A stretch of 32,000 nucleotides of DNA, taken from NCBI RefSeq assembly GCF_047555085.1, contig NZ_CP180230.1, forward strand, positions 840,001 to 872,000, given 5' to 3'. This DNA comes from Candidatus Saccharimonadota bacterium (GTDB lineage Archaea > Nanohalarchaeota > Nanosalinia > Nanosalinales > Nanosalinaceae). This document shows positions 24,767 through 32,000 of this stretch, piece by piece; the stretch's first letter is position 1, and every line of letters starts with the position of its first letter. The position numbers were made by a program, and so were the translations under genes. A model generated the notes under the pieces. It was not told the DNA's origin. It ran no database searches and saw only the letters and a list, made by a program, of their open reading frames with translations.

Positions 24767-27700
24767 TTTCCAATGCTTCTCTCAAAGTGTCTGTGAACTT
24801 TCTTGATCTTATCCTCTATATCTTCAACTCCTTTGCGCGACAGGAAGTCAGAATCCCTGACTTCAGCAAGCTTTTTCTCAGCTCCTGAAAGATCTCCCTG
24901 ACTCATCCTGTCAGAGGCCTCTTCAGAGGCCTGGACTATCTCTTCATCCTCGAACATGTTGTCCAGTTTCTCCAGTTTATCCTCCGTAGACTCTTCCATG
25001 GAACTATCTTCGACAGCAGAAGGTTCTGAGGTATTTGAAACGCTTTCTCTCCTCCGGAATCCTTGTGCTCCTGAACCTGATGTCTTGAAAGAACTACCTT
25101 TATTCCCTGCTCCACTATGCCGAGCAACATATACTGCCAGGCCTGCTATAAGAGTCATAACTGTGGCTATCAGTGTATAAGGCGTCTCTTTTTCCTGCTC
25201 AGGGATACTAAACGTCTTTCTTCCAGTATAGATTTGCTCGCCGTTTTTGAGAGTTGTTTCAAGAGTATACTCTCCTGGACTTATTCCTTCTAGACTTATT
25301 GAACCGTTGTATTCTTCTCCATTGATAATCTGTACGTTCTCCACTGTTCGCACTTTATTACCCCGTACATCGTAGATAACTGTTTCAACTGTCGATTCTC
25401 CCTGTATATCTTTATTTACATCTGAGCTGTATGTGGCAGAATCATTTTGTACATCTACCTCGACTTCAGTCTCCTCTGATTCAGAGGCCAGTATTTCAAC
25501 GTTGAGAGTTGATGTAGTTGATTTAGATCCTGCTGATGCGACTACTGTTCCCGTGTATTCTCCTGGCGCAGATTGACCTGAAACAGGTATCTGTACATCT
25601 CTAGAGGCCTCTACGTCGAATGTCTCCGAGTACGAAGCGACACTGTCTAAACCTTCCGTAGATATCGAAACTTCAGCAGGTTCGGAAACAGAAAGCTCGA
25701 ATGTATAAGACGATGAGGCCTCTCTTTCAACCTGTATCTGTGCTTCCGCAGGTGATAGCTGGATATCAACCCCTCCTACAGGATCAAGTGTACCTGAGCC
25801 GTTGTTCTTTTCTGATTCATTCTCTGTGCCTTCACCGGATTCATTTCCTTCATCCGTGTCATCAGGCGGGAGGAAGCCTCCACCTCCACTTGATCCACCA
25901 CCCGAAGATCCTCCCGACCCGGATCCAGAATCCGAATCTTCATTTTCACCGGTTTCATCTTGAGTTGTGGAATCCACAGCAAGAGTATTCGTTGAGGCAT
26001 GTACAGTATTTCCTGCATAGTCCCTGATCTTGATTTCAGGCCTGTAATCCTCCAGATCTACGGATCTATTTACAGTGAAAGTCCTGGAAAAAACAACTTC
26101 ATCAACTTCCACCGGCGCTGAAATCTCAGAAACTGTTGAAACGTTTATACTGACAGATTCGATCCCTGTAGTATTGTCCGAAACATTAATATTTACTTCA
26201 AGCTTATCTCCAAGGCCTAGAGGCTCTTCAGCTCCCTCGGTAGCATTTATATAGGCCTTGTTTACTTCTGGCAGAGTATTGTCAATAGTTACGTTTTCCT
26301 CTACGGTTCCTGTATTACCAGCATCATCAGAGGCATTCAATCTGACTTTTGTTTTTCCATCATCTATTTCTGTTGTGTTCCAGGCCTCTTCATCGATTAT
26401 TTCGTTCCAGGTTTCATTTCCATACCTGTAATCTATAGAGGATATATCCTGAGAGGCCTCAAGTTTATCAGATATGTTTATGATGCCTGATAGGTTTTCT
26501 CCAAGTGCACTGATATCGAGTTCTGGAGAAGAGAGATCTATCTGGAACTCGCCTATATCGTTACGGACTATATCATTGCCATCGTAATCCTCAACATTTG
26601 ATACATGTACAGTAACGTTTTCCTCTTGAGACCGGTTAATTACCTGGAATTCTCCGGACCAGTATGTCTCGTTATCGTATGACCCCGATACATCATAATC
26701 CGGGCCTCCCTGTATATCGACATAGGCCCGTCTTGAATTGTTGACCGGCTTGCTGAAGTTTATGGTGATGCCCACGGTTCTATCTGCATCGTCTATGTTT
26801 AGCGGAGTTGAAACATTCAAGCTGTAATCTGCCTTTGGCCCTTCTGCATATGGATCTGTAGCCTGAACAGTATTGTCTACAGCGTTACCAGCTCTATCAA
26901 CCACAGTCTCTGAATCCTTGATGGCAAACTCCGCAGTATAGCTTGGATCCTCCAGAGAGACGTTAACAGTACATCTCTTCGATCCCTGACTGCATGGAAG
27001 TATATCGAAGCTTGAGGCCTGAACTGATTCCGTGATTATTTCGAAGTCAGAGGCCTCCAGTGTGGAACTATCAAGGCCTGTCTCATTATCAAATACCTGG
27101 AAGGACATCCTGGTATCGTTAAAGTATGTGCCGTTAACTAGGACAGGTCTATCTGCATCCAGATGGACTATCTCAGCCGTCTGCAGATCTGTTTGGAGGC
27201 CCGCTTTATCAAGCGCCGAGATCTCTATACTGTAGTTTCCGGATTCCAGGCCTGAGGTCTCTAGATCTACAGATCTATCCGGATTCTCTGATGTCTCCGA
27301 TACTGTTTTATCGAGTACAACGGTGCCGTCTTCTACCAGTTTTATCGTGGTTTGATTCTGATTTTTCTCTACGTAACTGTATTCAATACCTAGATTTCCA
27401 GGCTGAGTGAAGATATCCTGAGCAGGACTTTCCACGGATAAGTCCGATGGAGCAGTATTGTCTATTTCTGAAGCATAATTCTTGCTTCTGAAGTTTCCTG
27501 CATCATCTGTTGCATTCACACGGAAATCAACAGATCCCTCTGAGGCCTGAGTTGAATCCCATGATGAAGGATTGTCTACTTCAGTCCATTCAGAGCCATC
27601 ATTGAACTCATAACTCGATGAAACAGCGTCTTCTCCTATCTGTATCTCCGAAGCCAGATCTATACTGCCGGATATGTAATCAGGTAAGCTCCCCTGTATA

Positions 27701-30700
27701 CTTGGATCTACGTTATCTACTTCTATGCTTACAGAGTCTGTTCCGCTGTTTTCTACATCGTCAGTATATGTGAGCCATAGCTGTGTCTGGAATTCTGATA
27801 GAGGCGTGCTCCACTCTGTCTCGTTCTGTATGCTTGAAAGCTCTGCTATCGTCTGATTGTTTCCAGTCTGATCCTCGAAAACCCATACCACGTTTTCGAC
27901 ATCATCTTTATTGTCTCCTGAACTGTTGAGCAGCAAAGTTCCGGAAACAACTTCTCCTTCGGACAGACCTTCTACGACAGGCTGCGGCACCACAGTATCA
28001 ATCTTGAAATCCGTGGATTTGGAGGAGGCCTGGATATTTCCGGAGTCATCTGATGCGTTACCTACAGTTACTTGAGCGACTACGCCATCACTGTTGCCGA
28101 AAGTATACTCTCTGGAGAAAGTTGTGGAATTAACCCATGTGCCGGAACCGGAAGACTTTACAGAGGCCTCTTCAGAGAACTCTGCATCCGGTATTACGGA
28201 AGTTTCCATTCCCTCCGTGTAAGTCACGCTTAATTTAGCTTCCCCATCTTCAGCCACATCCTCCATACTCAACGATTTAATCTCTGGTGGCACACCATCT
28301 TCCGTAGATACACCGTACAGATCACGAGAGTTTCCTAGAGAATCTCTAGTACTGAGAACTAAATCCGGAGTATCACCTGTAGAGAACTCACTCGATTCTA
28401 TGGCCAGGCCCGAAATTTGTTCAGCATCCTGGTCAAAGCCTTCAGCATCTGCATCCAGGAAGCTAACGTAAGATGCATCCACTAGATTAAGTTCATCGCT
28501 TAATGTAACGTTTATAGCAGTAGTATTATACGTTACAGCCGAATCAACTACTGGAGGAGTGCCGTCCGGTACTGCAGAAGTATTGGATGAGTTAGGGCCT
28601 TGATTCAGGGCTATGTCGACGGCTGCAACTTTGTAACTGTAGTTAACGCCTTCTGAAGGAGGATTGTCAGTGTAAACCGAAGAATCTGTACGTCCAATCT
28701 CGGAGTAACTGCTTGAATCGTTCCTGTACACGACGTACTCATTTAGATCTCCTGTCAGAACATCGTCCCAGCTTAGATCTATAGCGCCTCCTTCTACTGC
28801 AGAGGCCTCTAAGGATGTTGGTGCATCAGGAATATCATTGTTTATCTCAACGCCATCATCATCTGTTTCAGTGTCTGACTGCCCTGAAACTGTATTTACC
28901 GTCACATTTCCACTGTATGTAACACCGTGGCTATCTCCCTCTGAGATCTGAAGAGTAGTACTGTATACTCCATCGCCTGAAGTGTCTGAGGCCTCTTTCA
29001 CTCCTCCAAATTCTCCAAAGTCAACTGTAACATTCTTTATATCGTCTATACCATTTTCTGTACTGTTCCAGGACACATTTATCACATCTCCAGGATTTGC
29101 AATTTCGTTTTCATACTTATCCTGTTCAAGGAAGGTGTATATCGCAGTAGGTTCAATTTCTACTGGAGCACTATCAACAGAGACGCTGTTATCAGTAGAG
29201 GTCTCTACAGAGTTACTTTCGATATCTGTAGCTCTCACTGCTGGACTGTAGCTCTCGATAGTTGCTGACTCATTTATCTCAAAAATACCTGTAAAGTTCC
29301 CATCGGGCTGCTCTTCCAGTTCTACGAAACCTTGAAGAGTTGTAACTTCCGAAACATTGACCTTAACGGTTTCAACCATCGTGGCATCATCAGTAGCATT
29401 CACTTCTACAGAGAAATTGTCTCCTTCATTCAGTACACCTTGTTCAGCTGCATCGTCTTCTATACGTATAACTGCTTCTTCAACAACAGGTGGCGTATTG
29501 TCAACAGTTGAAGTGACAATCAGAGAATCACTGTTTCCTGTATCATCTGTCGCATTTACTCTGAAGTCTACTTCTCCACTTGAGGCCTCTGATGAATCCC
29601 AGGAAGTCGGTATTCCTATATCAATCCATCCTGATCCATCATTGAATTCATAGTTCACTATACTTCCGTCGCCAGTGTTTTCAGCGAAATATGTGGAAAG
29701 ATCTACTGTATCTGATAGATTCTGAGCTGTAAATTCGTTTAGTGTTACTATTTCAGGCTCCTCTGTATCAACGAGGAATGAATCGCTGTCGTTCTCTAAC
29801 TGAATGCTGTTTCCGTAGTCATCGGTGACTCCAGTGATATTTACGTAGGCCTTGCGGTCTTCATCCTCATCTTTTATCTGGAACTCGCCGCTCCAGTGAG
29901 TTGAATTTAGATAGTCTCCCGAAGCAGTGTATGCTGTTTTCAGGTTGTTTATCTCTATCGATGGAGTCTTGGATGTGTTCAGTGACTCATTAAATCCAAG
30001 AGTGATGTTGACAGCGCCAGGAGAGTAAGAGTTGTTTACTGGAGTTGAAACGTTCAGTTTCATCGATTCAAGTGCGGGGCCTATAGAGTCAGTTTCTTCA
30101 AGTATGACCTCTCCATCGTTTCTGGTATTCCCAGCCAGATCTGAGATAGATGATCCTGATTTAAGGCCTGCTGTAAGCTGATCAAGATCTGTCTGTCTGT
30201 CGAGACTGACATCTACCGTACAGTTCAAGTTACCGTCACCACATCCTCCGACGGAGAAAACTGCTGAGATATCCTCTTTTATCTCGAAATCGCTGCCGTC
30301 GAAGCTGTACTCAATCCCTGCCTCATCATATACATCAAATCTGTAATCAGTAGCACCCAGTTTCCGGGAGTTATTGAGCACAGGCGCGGTATTATCTACA
30401 ACGAGAAGATTCTCCGCTGAAGTTGAGGCCTGTCTCTGAACCTTATCACTAACTTCAACCTCAACAGTATAGTTCACGCCTCCAACAAGATTTTCAAGCT
30501 GTGTGAACTTCACACCACCATCAGGATTAGATTCTGATTCCGAGATATTTCTCTTTAGACCTACCTGGCCAGAGCTATTCACAAGACGCACTACCGTCCA
30601 GTCAGGATTAACTTCCTGATAACTGTAGTTAACAGAAAAGTTCTCTGAACTCTGAAGATAATTTTTAGATACAGGAACATCAATTGAAAGATCTGAAGGC

Positions 30701-32000
30701 GAGTATCCATCTACTATAACAGCAGAGGCCTCTGAATCATTTCCTTTCTGGCCGATAGTATTCGTAAGATTCAACTCAAGATCATAGGTGCCATTAGACG
30801 GCATTTTAGACGATGAAAAAGTTCTGGAGGCCTCTGTATTTTCACCTGAAGTTAGATCACTGAAGATCTGGCTTTGAGATCCTACAGTGATATTCAGCTG
30901 ATCAGGATCATCCTCCGTGTAATTGAATAAGACTTCAAGGCTTTCTGTAGGCCTGACATATGCAGGATTTTCTCCCGTTGGCGACTTGATGTCTATCTGT
31001 GGAGGTTGCTTGACTACTTCTACAGCACCAAACTGTTCTGTAGTATTGGAGTTGCTGTTTGAAGATGTATCTGTGGCAGTGGCAGTTGCTGACTGTACGC
31101 CCGATGTCGCTGAGCTTTGTACAGTAGCATTCGTTCCATAAACGTTGCTTTCCAGCGTTCCATCCTGATCCCAGTCGTAGTTAGAAGCCTGTTCAGAAGT
31201 CATTGAGACAGATCCAAGCGAATCACCGAATCCGGAGAGGTTTGTCTCCACAGATGCAACTCCAGTTCCATCAGTCACTTTTGCAGAAACACGTACTTTC
31301 TCTCCTTCCTCCACGACGTCATCACCATCAAAATCTGTAAGGTTCTTCTCTGTTACTTCGGGCGGAACGTGATCCATATTCTGAATTATGACCCACCCCG
31401 AATCCTGAATATTTCCAGCTACATCTCTTATACTTCCTGTTATGCTGAAGTTCAGCTCCTCTGAATCAATCTTGTCTGAAAGAACTACCGTCGCATTCTC
31501 TTCATTCTCTCCTGTAGAAATACTGCTGGAGTTAACAGAGTTAATCTGGCCATAATCAACGCTGAAGGCCTCTGCTGTTATGGTAGAAGGATCAAGGCCT
31601 GTAGTATCATCCAGGAAAGATGCATTGAATGATGTGCTATTCACCTTGAATCCCTGATCAAGCGAGGGAGCTACTGTATCTTTTGTAGGTGTTTTAGATA
31701 CTGTGGAGCCCGTGTTACCTGCCTGATCTGTTGGAGTAACTTCAACTGTTATGGCTCCTTCATCAAGTCCAGAAACATCCAGACTGCCGCTGAATGTTCC
31801 TCCAGAGAACGTGAAAGTATCTGAAACAGTATTTCCGAGATCTGAAACACTGATCTGGACTTCACCGCTGTCATCATTTGTGACTGTGCCGTTTACTTTG
31901 AAATCAAGCTGTTCGCTCGAGTTAACTATGCCGTCCTCAGCAAGCGGCGTGTATATAGAGGCCTCAGGTGCAACAGTATCAACTTTGATCGTCTGTGATG
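24763..32000 (-). CDS. Giant type-I membrane-anchored cell-surface repeat protein, 5'-truncated by the window edge (at least 2411 aa visible)
   Basis: The frame stays open upstream of the track's GTG at 31644. I read every codon from 31645 to 31998 and found no stop (...VTPTDQAGNTGSTVSKTPTKDTVAPSLDQGFK-VNSTSF...). The body is made of tandem Ig-like modules bounded by VDNTAPV / VDNTPPVV / IDNTAPSD / IDNTLPEV / VDTEEPEI / IDLSSPEL / VDNVDPSI junctions. One FN3-like domain lies at about 28563-28830 (LSWDDVLTGDLNEYVVYRND...YSYKVAAVDIALNQGPNS). A Gly/Ser linker is at 25876-25935 and a single TM helix (YTLIATVMTLIAGLAVYVA) at 25123-25179. A 118-aa charged cytoplasmic tail follows, ending at the stop at 24763-24765. 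Confidence 0.88.
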   Translation of the reverse strand, partial: SQTIKVDTVAPEASIYTPLAEDGIVNSSEQLDFKVNGTVTNDDSGEVQISVSDLGNTVSDTFTFSGGTFSGSLDVSGLDEGAITVEVTPTDQAGNTGSTVSKTPTKDTVAPSLDQGFKVNSTSFNASFLDDTTGLDPSTITAEAFSVDYGQINSVNSSSISTGENEENATVVLSDKIDSEELNFSITGSIRDVAGNIQDSGWVIIQNMDHVPPEVTEKNLTDFDGDDVVEEGEKVRVSAKVTDGTGVASVETNLSGFGDSLGSVSMTSEQASNYDWDQDGTLESNVYGTNATVQSSATSGVQSATATATDTSSNSNSNTTEQFGAVEVVKQPPQIDIKSPTGENPAYVRPTESLEVLFNYTEDDPDQLNITVGSQSQIFSDLTSGENTEASRTFSSSKMPSNGTYDLELNLTNTIGQKGNDSEASAVIVDGYSPSDLSIDVPVSKNYLQSSENFSVNYSYQEVNPDWTVVRLVNSSGQVGLKRNISESESNPDGGVKFTQLENLVGGVNYTVEVEVSDKVQRQASTSAENLLVVDNTAPVLNNSRKLGATDYRFDVYDEAGIEYSFDGSDFEIKEDISAVFSVGGCGDGNLNCTVDVSLDRQTDLDQLTAGLKSGSSISDLAGNTRNDGEVILEETDSIGPALESMKLNVSTPVNNSYSPGAVNITLGFNESLNTSKTPSIEINNLKTAYTASGDYLNSTHWSGEFQIKDEDEDRKAYVNITGVTDDYGNSIQLENDSDSFLVDTEEPEIVTLNEFTAQNLSDTVDLSTYFAENTGDGSIVNYEFNDGSGWIDIGIPTSWDSSEASSGEVDFRVNATDDTGNSDSLIVTSTVDNTPPVVEEAVIRIEDDAAEQGVLNEGDNFSVEVNATDDATMVETVKVNVSEVTTLQGFVELEEQPDGNFTGIFEINESATIESYSPAVRATDIESNSVETSTDNSVSVDSAPVEIEPTAIYTFLEQDKYENEIANPGDVINVSWNSTENGIDDIKNVTVDFGEFGGVKEASDTSGDGVYSTTLQISEGDSHGVTYSGNVTVNTVSGQSDTETDDDGVEINNDIPDAPTSLEASAVEGGAIDLSWDDVLTGDLNEYVVYRNDSSSYSEIGRTDSSVYTDNPPSEGVNYSYKVAAVDIALNQGPNSSNTSAVPDGTPPVVDSAVTYNTTAINVTLSDELNLVDASYVSFLDADAEGFDQDAEQISGLAIESSEFSTGDTPDLVLSTRDSLGNSRDLYGVSTEDGVPPEIKSLSMEDVAEDGEAKLSVTYTEGMETSVIPDAEFSEEASVKSSGSGTWVNSTTFSREYTFGNSDGVVAQVTVGNASDDSGNIQASSKSTDFKIDTVVPQPVVEGLSEGEVVSGTLLLNSSGDNKDDVENVVWVFEDQTGNNQTIAELSSIQNETEWSTPLSEFQTQLWLTYTDDVENSGTDSVSIEVDNVDPSIQGSLPDYISGSIDLASEIQIGEDAVSSSYEFNDGSEWTEVDNPSSWDSTQASEGSVDFRVNATDDAGNFRSKNYASEIDNTAPSDLSVESPAQDIFTQPGNLGIEYSYVEKNQNQTTIKLVEDGTVVLDKTVSETSENPDRSVDLETSGLESGNYSIEISALDKAGLQTDLQTAEIVHLDADRPVLVNGTYFNDTRMSFQVFDNETGLDSSTLEASDFEIITESVQASSFDILPCSQGSKRCTVNVSLEDPSYTAEFAIKDSETVVDRAGNAVDNTVQATDPYAEGPKADYSLNVSTPLNIDDADRTVGITINFSKPVNNSRRAYVDIQGGPDYDVSGSYDNETYWSGEFQVINRSQEENVTVHVSNVEDYDGNDIVRNDIGEFQIDLSSPELDISALGENLSGIINISDKLEASQDISSIDYRYGNETWNEIIDEEAWNTTEIDDGKTKVRLNASDDAGNTGTVEENVTIDNTLPEVNKAYINATEGAEEPLGLGDKLEVNINVSDNTTGIESVSINVSTVSEISAPVEVDEVVFSRTFTVNRSVDLEDYRPEIKIRDYAGNTVHASTNTLAVDSTTQDETGENEDSDSGSGSGGSSGGGSSGGGGFLPPDDTDEGNESGEGTENESEKNNGSGTLDPVGGVDIQLSPAEAQIQVEREASSSYTFELSVSEPAEVSISTEGLDSVASYSETFDVEASRDVQIPVSGQSAPGEYTGTVVASAGSKSTTSTLNVEILASESEETEVEVDVQNDSATYSSDVNKDIQGESTVETVIYDVRGNKVRTVENVQIINGEEYNGSISLEGISPGEYTLETTLKNGEQIYTGRKTFSIPEQEKETPYTLIATVMTLIAGLAVYVARHSGAGNKGSSFKTSGSGAQGFRRRESVSNTSEPSAVEDSSMEESTEDKLEKLDNMFEDEEIVQASEEASDRMSQGDLSGAEKKLAEVRDSDFLSRKGVEDIEDKIKKVHRHFERSIGN

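Noticed and set aside
25876-25935. A Gly/Ser-coding low-complexity tract and other short tandem repeats as possible CRISPR or satellite arrays
   Set aside because: The tract is in frame inside the giant CDS and encodes a flexible linker (SDSGSGSGGSSGGGSSGGGG). No repeat-spacer periodicity exists anywhere in the window.
31642-31644. The ORF-track start codon (GTG at 31644) for the second giant protein
   Set aside because: I translated all in-frame codons from 31645 to 31998 and found no stop. The sequence there is typical repeat-domain sequence (including a DTVAP module junction), so the real start is outside the window.
24763-32000. Calling the giant proteins SPEARE-type proteins (serine protease / adhesion / restriction endonuclease) known from Antarctic nanohaloarchaea
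   Set aside because: In the visible parts I can only see Ig-like/FN3-like repeats, a TM helix and a tail. No protease catalytic motifs or nuclease motifs are recognisable, and both N-termini are missing, so the label would be unsupported.
5941-32000. Regular spacing or phasing of the AGGCCT sites
   Set aside because: The listed positions show irregular gaps, from 6 nt up to about 1.1 kb (for example no site between about 11520 and 12650). I cannot support periodicity without a computed autocorrelation.

Overview
This is a compact, gene-dense archaeal window. Evidence for archaeal origin: an archaeal-type AspRS ending [10 protein letters not shown], an SMC/ScpA/ScpB set, an NFACT/Rqc2 homologue, leaderless-style TATA spacing and oligo-T terminators. 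The proteome is strongly acidic (Asp/Glu-rich), which suggests a salt-in halophile. Together with the giant surface proteins and small genes, a DPANN nanohaloarchaeon is my best guess; this is inference, not shown. A roughly 19 kb housekeeping core (5.9-24.8 kb) is flanked by two giant cell-surface repeat-protein genes. Both are cut by the window edges, and the start codons the ORF track gives for them (81 and 31644) are artefacts. The core encodes tRNA-Leu(UAA), a dUTPase-family protein, AspRS, a short-armed SMC with ScpA/ScpB, an NFACT protein, a PiT phosphate transporter, dTMP kinase, a NUDIX hydrolase, a complete thymidylate cycle (glyA-thyA-folA), and several small membrane proteins. The most unusual signal is at the DNA level. 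The palindrome AGGCCT occurs about 104 times between 5.94 and 32.0 kb (about 1 per 250 bp by manual scan, roughly 20-fold over a composition-based expectation). It occurs in all three reading frames, on both strands and in intergenic DNA. It is nearly absent (4 sites in 5.9 kb) from the first giant gene, which also uses visibly different codons. That switch coincides with the tRNA-Leu gene, whose 3' end is duplicated 59 nt downstream as a 23-nt direct repeat (att-like scar). I recognised no CRISPR array, transposase, integrase or known defence system.
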